Notes: generated by a model from the sequence alone, not told the origin. Shown: positions 28,816-43,162, counted from the first letter of the stretch. The stretch is 64,000 bases of DNA from an uncultured delta proteobacterium (GCA_963708295.1 CAVPSJ010000013.1:224001-288000); one strand, 5' to 3'. Made by a program: numbers and translations.

Positions 28816-30267
28816 ATGGCTTTAGAACTCAAACAGTCGCCCAAACTCGTTCAGCAGCTGGTGATTACTCCTCAGCTTCAGCAGGCGATTCGCCTTCTCC
28901 AATTAACGCGCCTTGAGCTGGTAGACATGATCAGCCAGGAGATGAAGGAGAACCCGCTCCTGGAGGAAACGGAAGAGGGAAGGGAGATTGCAGAAGGCGA
29001 AGCTCCGGTGACCGAGCAGGCGGAAGCCGAAACGGCTCCAGAGCCCGAGGTCACCCCGGAAGTAAAAGGAGCTGGAGAGGGAGCGGACGAGTTCGATTGG
29101 GAGAACTATTTGGAGAATTCGAACCTAACGTCATTCCAGAAGGGTTCCTCCGACGGAGAAGAAAGGCCCTCCTTCGAGAATTTCCTGACGAAGAGAACGA
29201 CCCTCACGGATCATCTTCATTGGCAACTCCAGCTCTCACGTTTCACGGAAGAAGAGCACGAGGCCGGGACATGGATCATCGGGAACCTGGATGAAGAGGG
29301 GTATCTGAAAATCTCCCTGGAAGATATCTGTTCAGAAACCCATCTCTCGATGGAGGTAGTGGAAAAAGTCCTGCGGAAGGTTCAACAGTTCGACCCCGTA
29401 GGGGTGGCGGCGAGAGATTTGAAAGAATGCCTTCTCATTCAGCTTGAGCAGCTGAGCCCACGAGAACTGCTTGCCGAAAGAATCGTTTCCGAACAGCTCT
29501 CTCTCTTGAAAAATCGAAATTATCCGGCGATTGCCAAACGGTTAGGAGTGTCTCTGGACCGGGTAAATCGCGCTGCCGCTCTCATTTCTAGATTGGATCC
29601 GAAACCTGGAAAAGCCTTCGGGGGGGAGGCGGTTCAAGAGATCGTCCCCGATGTCTACGTCTATAAGGTCGAGGGAGATTATGTCATCTACTTGAACGAT
29701 GAGGGGGTCCCAAGACTCAAAATCAATTCTCTCTACAGAAACGTCCTCAACGGGAGCCGCCTGGCTCCGGAAGGAGATCGAAAGTATATTCAAGACAAGC
29801 TCCGGTCCGCCCTTTGGCTGATCCGCAGCATTCACCAACGGCAGAGGACGATTTATAAGGTGGCCAAAAGCATCGTAAAGTTTCAAAGGGGATTTTTGGA
29901 TAGCGGGATTCAGGCTCTCAAACCCCTGGTGCTGCGGGATGTGGCAGAAGATATCCAGATGCACGAATCCACGATTAGCCGGGTGACCCACAACAAGTAC
30001 ATTCATACCCCTCAGGGAATCTATGAATTAAAGTTTTTCTTCAACGCAGGGATTACCTCCACACAAGGCGAGACGATGGCTTCGGAGAGTGTCAAGAATC
30101 TGGTCCGAGAGATCATCGCTAAGGAAGATCCTAAGAAACCCTATAGCGATGAGAAATTGGTTCAGATTCTCCAAGGAATGAACATCCATATCGCTCGAAG
30201 AACCGTTTCAAAGTATCGAGAAATGATGAAGATCCTTTCTTCCAACGAACGGAGGAAGATCGTTTAA
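28816..30267 (+). CDS. rpoN: RNA polymerase sigma-54 factor (C-terminal part of the 27982-30267 ORF)
   Basis: MALELKQ..TPQLQQAIRLLQL, ENPLLE, HESTISRVT, YELKFFF, RpoN box ARRTVSKYR; own SD AGGAG. Confidence 0.97.
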   Translation: MALELKQSPKLVQQLVITPQLQQAIRLLQLTRLELVDMISQEMKENPLLEETEEGREIAEGEAPVTEQAEAETAPEPEVTPEVKGAGEGADEFDWENYLENSNLTSFQKGSSDGEERPSFENFLTKRTTLTDHLHWQLQLSRFTEEEHEAGTWIIGNLDEEGYLKISLEDICSETHLSMEVVEKVLRKVQQFDPVGVAARDLKECLLIQLEQLSPRELLAERIVSEQLSLLKNRNYPAIAKRLGVSLDRVNRAAALISRLDPKPGKAFGGEAVQEIVPDVYVYKVEGDYVIYLNDEGVPRLKINSLYRNVLNGSRLAPEGDRKYIQDKLRSALWLIRSIHQRQRTIYKVAKSIVKFQRGFLDSGIQALKPLVLRDVAEDIQMHESTISRVTHNKYIHTPQGIYELKFFFNAGITSTQGETMASESVKNLVREIIAKEDPKKPYSDEKLVQILQGMNIHIARRTVSKYREMMKILSSNERRKIV

Positions 30268-30341
30268 CACGCGAAGATGTCTTATAGAGTGCCGCGTGCC
30301 CATCCGTCCCACGAGCTATCGTGACAACAAGGAGCTGACAG

Positions 30342-30887
30342 ATGCAGGTCGCAGTGACATTTCGACACATGAAGACCCACGAAGGGGTCAAGGCTTATGT
30401 GAAAGAGAAGGTGGAGAAGCTTCAAAAATATATTGAGAACCCGAGGGAAGTCCATGTCGTTCTGGCGGTTGAAAAATTCCGGCATATTGCGGAAATCACC
30501 GTTGTCGGGAATGGAGGGGTTTTCAATAGCCAGGGGAGGGACAACGACCTCCATGCGGCCATCGATCAGATGGTGGACAAGCTGGAGCGGCAGGTTCGCG
30601 AGGGGAGGAAGAAGGTTAGACAAAAGAGGGCGAGTGCCGCTTCACCGAAGACTCCCCTTCCAGGGCGCGGCAAGGCCGGAGAGGAAAGTGAAGAGGAAGA
30701 CCTGTCCTCTCTTGTCCAGCGGAGACGGACGGTGGCCAAACCGATGTCTCTTGAAGAGGCGCTGTCTCAATTGGCGGTTTCGAAAAAGGATATCTTGGTA
30801 TTTGTCAACTCGGACTCCGGGCAAATGAACGTCGTCTGTCGGTCTAAAAATGGGGGCTACGAGTGGGTCGAACCCTATCCCAAATAG
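30342..30887 (+). CDS. hpf: Ribosome hibernation promoting factor (long HPF)
   Basis: VTFRH, AAID...KLERQ, KPMSLEEA; directly after rpoN. Confidence 0.93.
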   Translation: MQVAVTFRHMKTHEGVKAYVKEKVEKLQKYIENPREVHVVLAVEKFRHIAEITVVGNGGVFNSQGRDNDLHAAIDQMVDKLERQVREGRKKVRQKRASAASPKTPLPGRGKAGEESEEEDLSSLVQRRRTVAKPMSLEEALSQLAVSKKDILVFVNSDSGQMNVVCRSKNGGYEWVEPYPK

Positions 30888-30904
30888 AAGGCGCTTGAGG
30901 GGAA

Positions 30905-31369
30905 ATGATGAAGATCATGGACTATCTAAACGAGGAATGGGTGATTCCCGACCTGCAGGGGACGGATAAAGCATCCATTCTGAAAGAATTATCAAGCGTC
31001 CTTGTGAAGCCCTGTCAAGTCGTCTCCGTCGAAGAATTGCTCCAGGTCCTCTTGGAACGAGAAAGGCTCGGATCTACGGGAATTGGAGAAGGAATTGCCA
31101 TCCCCCATGGCAGATTAAAAAAGTTGAAAGAGTTTCTTGTCTGTTTTGGCCGTTCTCTTAAGGGCGTGGATTTTGATTCGATTGATGGAAAACCGACTCA
31201 GCTTTTTTTCTTAGTCATGGCCCCAGAGAATTCGGCCGTAGAGAATCTGAAGCTACTGAGCCGTATTGTCGCCCTGCTGAAAGAGCCTTCTTTTAAGAAA
31301 AGATTGATAGGCGCTCAATCCCAAAGGGAGCTTTTCCAGATCCTCTCCGCAGAAGATGAGAGGTACTGA
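30905..31369 (+). CDS. ptsN: PTS EIIA, nitrogen-regulatory/fructose family
   Basis: ERERLGSTGIGEGIAIPHG, DFDSIDGKP. Confidence 0.92.
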   Translation: MMKIMDYLNEEWVIPDLQGTDKASILKELSSVLVKPCQVVSVEELLQVLLERERLGSTGIGEGIAIPHGRLKKLKEFLVCFGRSLKGVDFDSIDGKPTQLFFLVMAPENSAVENLKLLSRIVALLKEPSFKKRLIGAQSQRELFQILSAEDERY

Positions 31370-31488
31370 TGACTCAAATCCAAATGTCAAAGTTCAAATG
31401 CCAAAAGTCAAAATTTGAACCCATGACAAAGTCTAGTATACGAAATTATCTTTTCGATGTTTTTTGACAATTGACTTTTGACATTGTA
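31370..31488. repeat. 7-bp periodic inverted-repeat element
   Basis: CAAATCCAAATGTCAAAGTTCAAATGCCAAAAGTCAAA ... TTTGACAATTGACTTTTGACATT. Confidence 0.7.
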
Positions 31489-32469
31489 TTGGAGCTTGTT
31501 TTGGACGGTCTCCTCGCGCAAGAATTGGAGCAAAATCGCGAGCACCATTTGGAACTCACCCTGATGGCCGGCCGGAAAGGGCTCCGGAAGAAGATCACCC
31601 ATTCTCAGGTCCAAAAGATGGGGCTCGCCATGTCGGGGTTTATCCAATTCATCAACCCCGAGCGCGTTCAGATTATCGGTAATACGGAAGCAACTTATTT
31701 TAAGACGCTCGCTCCTGAGGTGAAAGAGAAGGTGATCCATCAGATCTGTAGCCTGCCACTGTCCTGTTTGGTCGTCACTCGAGGGTTGGAAATTCCAGAA
31801 CTGCTCCTCCAGGAGGCGGAGGAGAGAGGGATCCCGGTTTTCCGGACCAATCTCCGTTCTGTCGATTTCATCGAGCGGATCACCAAGTTTCTGGAGGAAA
31901 AACTCGCCTCCACCAGCAGCCTCCATGGTGTGCTCATGGATATTTACGGAGTCGGCGTCTTGATCCTGGGGAAAAGCGGTATCGGGAAAAGCGAATGCGC
32001 GTTAGATTTGATTCTCCGTGGGCACCGGTTGGTGGCGGACGACATGGTTCATATCCAGAAGCGTCCTCCCTCTTCTGTGATCGGAAGCGGTTTCGAGGTC
32101 ATCCAGCACCATATGGAAATCCGTGGGTTGGGAATCATCAACATTCGAAGCCTTTTTGGCGTGGAGGCCATCCGCGAGAAGAAGAAAATCGAGCTCGTCT
32201 TGGAACTGGGGGAATGGGATCCCCACCAGGAGTACGACCGCTTGGGATTCGAAGATGAAAAATTCTCGATTCTGGACGTGGAGCTCCCTAAGATGAGAAT
32301 TCCCGTCACGCCCGCTCGGAATTTGACGACCATCATCGAAGTCGCTGTGCGCAATCACCTCTTGAAGGTGATGGGATACGATTCGGCGTTGGAGTTTGAG
32401 AAGAAACTCCTCCGCAAGATCGAAGAAAGAGGAGGAGACAGATTTGAGACCGAGGACGAAGTGGAGTGA
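31489..32469 (+). CDS. hprK: HPr(Ser) kinase/phosphorylase
   Basis: [48 protein letters not shown]. Confidence 0.97.
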   Translation: MELVLDGLLAQELEQNREHHLELTLMAGRKGLRKKITHSQVQKMGLAMSGFIQFINPERVQIIGNTEATYFKTLAPEVKEKVIHQICSLPLSCLVVTRGLEIPELLLQEAEERGIPVFRTNLRSVDFIERITKFLEEKLASTSSLHGVLMDIYGVGVLILGKSGIGKSECALDLILRGHRLVADDMVHIQKRPPSSVIGSGFEVIQHHMEIRGLGIINIRSLFGVEAIREKKKIELVLELGEWDPHQEYDRLGFEDEKFSILDVELPKMRIPVTPARNLTTIIEVAVRNHLLKVMGYDSALEFEKKLLRKIEERGGDRFETEDEVE

Positions 32470-33459
32470 AGAACATACGGGTGATTCTGATCAGTGGTCT
32501 TTCCGGATCTGGCAAAACGACGGCCATCAAAGCCTTAGAAGATATTGGTTTTTATTGCGTCGATAACCTTCCCATTCTTCTATTGCCTAAATTCATAGAA
32601 CTCTGTGAACAGTCGGGTGGAAAGATCTCCAAGGTGGCGGTGGTGGAGGATATTCGGGGAGAAGCCTCCTATCCTGACTCCACCCGGATCACCGATCCCG
32701 CGGCCGGCGGGACTGATTCTGGACAAACCTCAGGACCTGTCGATTCGGGGCAGACGAGGAGTCCCGGGGAGGAGAAGGACTTTTTTAGGGATTCGAGGAG
32801 GATCATCCAAAATCTGAAGAAGAGAGGGATATCCGATTGAAATCCTCTTCCTCGAGTCTTCCAATCCGGTGCTGATCAGGCGTTTTAGCGAAACCCGCCG
32901 TCAGCACCCTTTGGCCGTTGGCGGGTCCATACGAGAAGGGCTTCGTCTGGAACGAGAGCGACTTCAAGCGATGAGAGACATGGCTCTTCAGGTGATTGAT
33001 ACGTCCCAACTCAACGTCCATCAACTGAAAGAGAAAATCCAACAGTATGCCCAGGAAGAAAACCCTCTGGGCCAGATGACGGTTACCCTCCTCTCGTTCG
33101 GATATAGCTTTGGGGTTCCTTTCGAAGCGGACCTGTTGATGGACGTTCGCTTCCTACCCAATCCTTATTTTGTGGAAGAACTAAAACGGTTGAAAGGGGA
33201 TCATCCCAAGGTAGCCGAGTATGTCCTTCAGTGGGAGGAGACCAAGGAATTTTTGAGACATATTCAAGAACTGATTCGATTCCTTCTCCCTTTGTACGAA
33301 AGGGAGAGAAGGACCCATTTAACGATTGCCGTGGGGTGTACCGGTGGGAGGCATCGGTCCATCGTCATCGTCAACCACTTAGCAGAGATATTCAGGGACG
33401 AGGTCATCAAGAGGGGAGTGTTTCTGTCTGTACAACACCGCGATGCGGAGAAGGGATGA
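32466..33459 (+). CDS. rapZ: RNase adapter RapZ (one frameshift near 32815-32830, probably sequencing error; ~35-aa insertion)
   Basis: [26 protein letters not shown] in frame 1; [35 protein letters not shown] in frame 2. Confidence 0.92.
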
Positions 33460-33465
33460 AAAGAG

Positions 33466-33888
33466 ATGGTGGGAGTGGTTGTGGTGACACATTGCCACCT
33501 GGCTGAAGAGATGATCTGCGCGGCTCAGCTGGTGGTGGGGGAAGAGTTAAAACAGTTTCAGCCTGTTTCGATCGATCCGAAAGAAGGATCCGAGGAGATC
33601 CGGGAAAAGATCATCGCGGCCATCCGAAAAGCGGACATTGGAAAAGGGATACTCATCTTGACGGATATGTATGGGGGGACCCCTTCCAATATCAGCCTTT
33701 CCTTCCTGGAAGAGAAGAAGATAGAAGTGATCACCGGGGTCAACCTGCCCATGCTCCTGAAATTAGCGACCTATCAGGACGATATGGATCTTGAAAGCCT
33801 GGCCGCTTTTATTACCGACTATGGCCAAAAAAATATCAACCGGGCCAGTGAGGTGCTAAAAAAACGAGTGGATAAGAAGAAGAGTTGA
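33466..33888 (+). CDS. PTS EIIA, mannose/fructose family
   Basis: VVVTH, LTDMYGGTPSN, TGVNLPML. Confidence 0.93.
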   Translation: MVGVVVVTHCHLAEEMICAAQLVVGEELKQFQPVSIDPKEGSEEIREKIIAAIRKADIGKGILILTDMYGGTPSNISLSFLEEKKIEVITGVNLPMLLKLATYQDDMDLESLAAFITDYGQKNINRASEVLKKRVDKKKS

Positions 33889-34025
33889 GATCTGAGTGTG
33901 TAGCGTCATGAGTTTAAGGTCTTAGGTATCACGGATGCGGGGATCAAGGGGTGAGGAGGCAAGGTTCAATTCTCCTCATCTTTTCGGTTCCCCGTCGCCG
34001 CAGCAAGTTTTCTCAGAAAAAGGGG

Positions 34026-34292
34026 ATGGAAATTCAGACCTTTACGATTCGAAATCGTTTGGGGCTTCACGCAAGGGCGGCGGCTCTATTGGTTAAAACG
34101 GCGAATCGATTTGCCTCCGAGATTACCATCGAGAAGGATAGCCTGGAGGTCAACGGGAAGTCGATCATGGGAATTCTGATGTTGGCCGCTTCGAAGGGGT
34201 CGAAGATCACGCTGAAGGCGGAAGGAAAAGATGCGGTCCAGGCGATCCAGACCCTGGGTGAATTGATCCAAAATAAGTTCGGCGAAGAATAG
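34026..34292 (+). CDS. ptsH: Phosphocarrier protein HPr
   Basis: NRLGLHARAA (His15), NGKSIMG (Ser46). Confidence 0.96.
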   Translation: MEIQTFTIRNRLGLHARAAALLVKTANRFASEITIEKDSLEVNGKSIMGILMLAASKGSKITLKAEGKDAVQAIQTLGELIQNKFGEE

Positions 34293-34294
34293 GA

Positions 34295-36085
34295 ATGGCT
34301 GTTCAACAACAAATCAATAAGTTCATCCATGGGATCGGGGCTTCTCCTGGAATCATCATCGGAAAGGCCCATTTGGTCGAACGAATCAAAGTTCGCCTTC
34401 CGCAGAAGCAAATCGGTCGAGGGCAAATCGATGAAGAAGTGAAACGGTTTCTTCGTGCGATCCAGGAATCCGAGGATCAGTTAAGAGAGATTAAAGAAAA
34501 GATTTTGGACCCTGAAGTGCGCAAACACTCTTTTATCCTGGACGTCCATTCGATGATTCTGAAGGATGAAATGCTTCTTCAGGATACGGTGGATACGATC
34601 CAAAAGAGAGCGGTGAACGCGGAATGGGCTCTGGATCTCACCCTGGAGAAGCTCGACTCAGCCTTTAAGGCCATCGAGGACGAATATTTGAGGGAACGGC
34701 GGAGCGACCTTCATTATGTGGCCGCAAGGATTTTCCGAAACCTTTTGGGAAAGAAACATGACGACATCACGAAGATCAAGGGGAAAGTCGTTGTCGTCGC
34801 CCATGACCTTTCCCCGGCGGATACGCTCCAGATGAACCTGGAACATGTGGCGGGGTTCATCACGGATATCGGCGGCAAGGTCTCCCACACCGCCATCCTC
34901 TCCAGATCTCTGGGTATCCCTGCTGTCGTGGGGCTCGAGGTCGCGACCTCTCTCATCAACGGAGGGGACCTTTTGATCATCAACGGAGAGACGGGAGAGG
35001 TGGTCATCAATCCCACGGAGGAGGTCTCCCAGTCCTTTCTGGATCGGAAACGCCGGGCCAGACCGGCTGGGCGTCAGGTTCTTAAGAATGCGTCTTTGCC
35101 GGCGGAAACTCGCGACGGAGTTCGGATCTGTCTCCAGGCCAATATTGAAATGCCAGAAGAGATCCCCTCTGCCAAGATGCACGGCGCGGAAGGGGTCGGG
35201 CTTTATCGGACGGAAATCCTCTATCTGAACCGGAAAGACCTTCCTACAGAGGAAGAACATTTCCAGACCTACCGGGGGCTGGTGGAGAGTGTTACGCCTG
35301 CTACGGCGACGATCCGCACGCTAGACATCGGGGGCGACAAGTTTCTAGCGAACTACTCAAAGAACAATGAGCTTAATCCGGCCTTGGGCTTGAGGGCGAT
35401 CCGGTTTAGTCTCAAGGAGACGGAAATCTTTAAGACGCAGCTGAGGGGGATCTTGCGAGCGAGTGTCTACGGGAGACTGAGAATCCTTCTTCCCATGATC
35501 TCGAGAGTTGAAGAAATCCGACAGACCAAGGCCATCGTGGAAGAGTTGATGAAGAGCCTGGCCGAGGCCAAAATACCCTTCGATAAAGAGATTAAGATCG
35601 GGGCCATGATCGAGATTCCTTCTGCCTCGGACATCGCCGATATCTTGGCGAAAGAGGTCGATTTCTTCAGCATCGGAACGAACGACCTGATCCAGTACGC
35701 GTTGGCTGTCGATCGGATCAACGAGCATGTGTCGTACCTCTACGAGCCTCTCCATCCGGCCGTTCTGAGAATCATCCGATGGGTCGTCCGGTCGGGTCAT
35801 GAAGCGGGAATCCCGGTAGCCATTTGCGGAGAGATGGCGGCAGAGCCCATCTATGCCGTCGTCCTTTTAGGATTGGGCCTGGATGAATTCAGTATGAACC
35901 CGCTCTCCATCCCCAAAGTGAAGAAGGTGCTCCGAATGTTGAATTTTGAGGAGAGCCGGTCCTTGGTTGACCAATTGTTCCAATTCCCGACGGCCTCAGA
36001 GATTGAATGTTTCGTACGAGACTGGATGGCCACGAGATTTCCTGAGGATTTCATCGGAGGCTATCCAGAGGAGAGTAAAGCCTAA
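34295..36085 (+). CDS. ptsI: PEP-protein phosphotransferase (Enzyme I)
   Basis: SHTAILSR, GVGLYRTE, RTLDIGGDK, NPALGLRAIR, SIGTNDLIQY, ICGEMA. Confidence 0.98.
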   Translation: MAVQQQINKFIHGIGASPGIIIGKAHLVERIKVRLPQKQIGRGQIDEEVKRFLRAIQESEDQLREIKEKILDPEVRKHSFILDVHSMILKDEMLLQDTVDTIQKRAVNAEWALDLTLEKLDSAFKAIEDEYLRERRSDLHYVAARIFRNLLGKKHDDITKIKGKVVVVAHDLSPADTLQMNLEHVAGFITDIGGKVSHTAILSRSLGIPAVVGLEVATSLINGGDLLIINGETGEVVINPTEEVSQSFLDRKRRARPAGRQVLKNASLPAETRDGVRICLQANIEMPEEIPSAKMHGAEGVGLYRTEILYLNRKDLPTEEEHFQTYRGLVESVTPATATIRTLDIGGDKFLANYSKNNELNPALGLRAIRFSLKETEIFKTQLRGILRASVYGRLRILLPMISRVEEIRQTKAIVEELMKSLAEAKIPFDKEIKIGAMIEIPSASDIADILAKEVDFFSIGTNDLIQYALAVDRINEHVSYLYEPLHPAVLRIIRWVVRSGHEAGIPVAICGEMAAEPIYAVVLLGLGLDEFSMNPLSIPKVKKVLRMLNFEESRSLVDQLFQFPTASEIECFVRDWMATRFPEDFIGGYPEESKA

Positions 36086-36112
36086 AACCGTTCAAAAAGG
36101 AGGAAATATTCA

Positions 36113-37279
36113 ATGGCAATGACAGACTTTTTGTTCACCTCAGAATCGGTTACCGAGGGCCATCCCGATAAGGTGGCCGATCAGATTTCGGATTCCATCC
36201 TGGATGCGATCATCGCTCAGGATACTCGGGCACGGGTTGCCTGCGAGACGATGGTCACCACAGGAATGGCCATCATTGCGGGAGAGATTACCACTTCCTG
36301 CTATGTCCATATACCGTCCATTGTCCGTGAGACAATCAAAGAGATCGGATACAACGACTCAGGGATGGGGTTTGATTGGGAGACCTGTGCGGTGATCACT
36401 TCCATCGATGAGCAATCCAGCGACATCAAGCAGGGAGTGGATGAGTCCGAAGGTCATGAGCAGGGAGCCGGGGATCAGGGGTTGATGTTCGGCTACGCCT
36501 GCGACGAGACCCCGGAGTTCATGCCCATGCCCATCATCTTTGCCCATCGTCTGACCCGACCGTTTAGCCGAGGTGCGGAAGAAAAAGATCCTCGACTTTC
36601 TGAGGCCCGACGGAAAATCTCAGGTGACGATTCAGTACATCAAGGGAAAGCCAATTCGTGTGGATTCGATCGTTATTGCTGCCCAGCACTCGGAAAGCGT
36701 TACCTATGAAACGCTTAAGAGAAGGAATTATTGAAGAGGTCATCTTCAAAGTCATTCCTGAGAGCCTTCGCGATAAGAACACCAAGTACTATGTCAATAC
36801 GACAGGACGCTTTGTGGTCGGAGGGCCAAAGGCCGACTGTGGCCTGACGGGAAGAAAGATTATTGTGGATACTTATGGAGGAGTGGGGAGTCATGGAGGA
36901 GGCTGTTTTTCCGGAAAGGACCCTTCAAAAATGGACCGGAGCGCCTCCTACATGGCCAGGCATATCGCCAAGAACGTCGTTGCAGCGGGGCCTGGCCGAG
37001 AAATGTGAAGTTCAGATCGCTTACACCATCGGCAGAGCCGAGCCTGTCTCCGTGATGATCGATACCTCAAGGACCTCAAAGATTTCTCCGGACAGATTGC
37101 AAAGATCATTCGGGAACACTTTGACATGAGACCTAAGGCAATCATCAAGTATCTCGATCTTCTCAAACCGATTTACAAAAGGACGGCCTGCTATGGCCAT
37201 TTCGGTCCGGAATGAACCAGGATTCACATGGGAGAAGACCCATCGGGCCGAGGAGTTGAGGAAGGCCGCGGGCCTTTAA
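36113..37279 (+). CDS. metK: S-adenosylmethionine synthetase (several single-base frameshifts, probably sequencing error)
   Basis: [60 protein letters not shown] spread over shifting frames. Confidence 0.95.
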
Positions 37280-37289
37280 TTTACCGGTT

Positions 37290-37355
37290 TTGAGTAATGA
37301 GTTCGGAGTTCGGAGTATCTGTATTAAATCACCGAACTATAAACTCCGAACTTCT
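37290..37355. repeat. 7-bp periodic inverted-repeat element
   Basis: GAGTTCGGAGTTCGGAGT ... CCGAACTATAAACTCCGAACT; similar element at ~27945-28003. Confidence 0.65.
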
Positions 37356-37374
37356 GAGGATTAAGGGAGAAAAG

Positions 37375-40012
<2,638 letters not shown>

Positions 40013-40016
40013 GTCT

Positions 40017-43000
40017 ATGGATCTCATCAGAGGTTCCCTGAAGAATCCCGTCGCCCGGTTTATGATGGCCATCGGGATTATCCTCCTTGGAATGATTGCC
40101 TTTCAGCATCTTGCCATTGATCTCTTTCCTGACATTTCCTACCCTATTATTTCCGTCTCAACCGAATATGAAGGGGCCAGTCCTGAGGACATTGAGATTA
40201 CCCTTACGAGACCTATCGAGAAACGGTTAAGCCGAATCCAAAATGTCCGTTACATCTCATCCCGGTCCAGGGAAGGGATTTCTAACGTCATTGTTGAATT
40301 CTATTGGGGGGCAAACCTCGATGTCGCCGCTACGGATATCCAACAGGCCCTGAGCCAAATCAAGCATCACTTTCCTGAAGAGGCCAAGGAGTCCGTCATC
40401 TACAAATTTGATCCCTCCTCCATCTCCGTCCTTACTCTTTCTGTCAAGGGCCCGATGGATGAATTCCGACTAAGGGAGTTGGCCGAGGACTTCATTGCCC
40501 CAAGGCTGGAGAGCCTGAAGGGAGTGGCTTCTGCCAATGTCGGGGGCGGGAAGATCCGTGAAATACAGGTAGATCTCGATCGCAGAAAACTGGAGGGGTT
40601 AAACCTTTCCATCGACAAAGTTTCGGAGGCTGTAAAGGCTGGGCCATAAGGATCTTCCAGGGGGAAGCCTCAAGGGAGAGAAGATGGATTACATGGTCCG
40701 GACCCTCGGTCGAACCGGGGAATTTAAGGACATCGAGGAGATTGTTGTTCAGCAGCATAATGGGGTTCCTGTCCGTATCAGGGATGTCGGAAAAGTGGTC
40801 GATGGATTTGAGGATGCCCAGACCGAGGTCCATGTCAACGGCACGAGAGGGGTCATCATCAACATCCTGAAACAGATCGGTGGTAACACGGTTTCCACGG
40901 TCGACAATGTCTTAAAGGCACTGCCCCAGATTCAGAAGGAGCTCCCCAAAGGGATCACCATTGAGGTCATCTCGGACCAATCCACTTTTATTCGAAAATC
41001 GATTAAGAATCTCCAGCACGAGGCGATCATGGGCGCCATCCTGGCTGTCGCAATTATCCTGATCTTTCTCGGGAGCGGGACGAGCACCTTGATCATCGCC
41101 CACTCGATTCCCATCTCCATCGTGTCCACTTTTGTGCTCCTCTATTTTGGGAACTTTTCATTAAACATCATGACCCTTGGAGGCCTGGCGCTCGGTGTCG
41201 GCCGCCTGGTGGACGATGCCATCGTCGTCCTTGAGAATATCAACCGCCATATTGAGATGGGGGATCCTCCTGAAGAGGCTTCTTACAAAGGGGCAAAGGA
41301 AGTGAGCACCCCGGTGATTGCAGCAACCATCACCAGCATCATCGTCTTTATCCCGCTGGCTTTTGTGAAAGGAGTTGCCGCGTTACTGTTTCTCCAGATG
41401 GCCTACACGGTTGCCTTTTCGCTTCTTGCTTCCCTTTTCGATTCGCTGACGCTTGTGCCCGTTTTGACGGCTAAGTTCCTCCGGCCCAGAAAAGATTCGA
41501 AGAAAGTTCCGTGGACCCAGAAGGTCTTCCAGAAAACGCGACCCTTTTTCCTCTGGGTAGATCAGCATTACCAGTCCCTTCTGGATTTATCCCTATCCCA
41601 TCGAATAGTCGTCATCGTAGGGGTCGTTGTGGATTTTCTTCGGAACCCTTCCTCTCATCTCCTTCATCGGGACGGAATTCTTCCCGTCGACCGATGAGGG
41701 GCAGCTCAGGATGGCGATACGTCTTCCCGTGGGCGTGTCGCTTAATGAAACGGTAAAGGTGGTGAATCAGGTAGAGAACATCATCTTTGAGGACGTCCCA
41801 GAACTGAAGTCCCTCTGGTCCAGGTCAGGGTCAGGCATGGGGGCGAATGTCATCTTCAGCGGCCGATTTGCAGGCCCCCATACCGCCAACGCATCAACTG
41901 ATGCTGGTCGACCAGTCGGAGAGGGGCCGATCGTCGGATATGGTTGCCCGCTCGCTGAGGGAAAGGATAAGAGAGATTCCAGGGGCGACGTTCTCCATCT
42001 ATCCGGGTGGTCTTGTGACCCGAATTATTACTTTCGGGAATGATGACCCAATTGATGTGGAGGTTCTCGGATACGAGTTGACAACGGGAAGCCGGTTAGC
42101 CAAAGAGGTCGAAGGATACCTTAAAGAGGTCCGGGGGGTTACCGACATCCAGGTCGGCCGGGAGGATGGCCTTCCGGAGTACCAGGTTCGAGTCCGCCAG
42201 GACCGTGCAGCAGCGCTCGGGTTGACAACCTCACGGGTCGCAGCAGTGGTCAGGCATGCCATTGAGGGGGACGAGTCGGCCATCTTCGTCGATCCAAAGA
42301 CTGGCCGGGAGCACTATGTCAGGGTCCGTCTCAGAGAAGAGGACAGAAAACGTCCAGAAGATCTAGCGCGGCTTCCCCTGCCTGTTTCAGGAAACAGGAT
42401 CGCCGCTCTTGAAAACGTGGTTGAAGTGAAGCATATCCTTTCTCCGATCCAGCTGGAGCGGAAATATCAGCAGCGAGTCATCCATGTGACGGCAAATACG
42501 AGCGGAAGAGACCTCGGCTCCATTGCGGCTGAGATCGAGAAAAAGATTTCTCAGATGAAGATTCCTGAAGGGTTTACCGTAAGCCTCAAGGGGGCTCGAC
42601 TCGAGCAGCAAGATGCCTTCCGGAATCTTGTCTTTGCTTTGGCCCTTGCCATCCTCCTGGTTTATATGGTCCTTGCCTCCCAGTTTGCTTCACTGCTGCA
42701 CCCATTCCTGATTATGTTCTCGGTCCCCTTAGGTTTTATTGGGGTCATCTGGGCCCTCTTCGTTACGGGGAATACGCTGAGCGTGGTCTCCTTCATCGGG
42801 ATCATCATGATGGTTGGGATCGTTGTGAGCAATGCCATCATCCTGGTCGATTACATCAATCGTCTCCGAAAAGAACAAGGATTCGAGCTGAAAGAAGCCG
42901 TGGTTCAGGCGGGAAGAATTCGTCTCCGGCCAATTCTAATGACTACCCTCACAACCATTTGCGGACTGATTCCGATGGCCCTGGGATTGGGAGAAGGTGC

Positions 43001-43157
43001 AGAAGCCAACGCTTCGTTGGCCATCGCGGTGATCGGAGGACTGTCGGTTTCCACGGTCCTCACGCTGGTCTTCGTCCCCACACTCTATTTCATCGCTGAG
43101 AGCTGGAGAGTCTCCCGAAGAAAGAATTCGGGCGGCGGTTTGCAGACTTCAGATTGA
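40017..43157 (+). CDS. RND efflux permease, AcrB/AcrD/AcrF family (frameshifts near 40640-40690, 41630, 41890)
   Basis: IDLFPDI.YP, GASPE.IE, LNIMTLGGLAL.VG.LVDDAIVVLENI, GIVV.NAI.LVD, RLRPILMT. Confidence 0.92.
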
Positions 43158-43162
43158 AAAAT

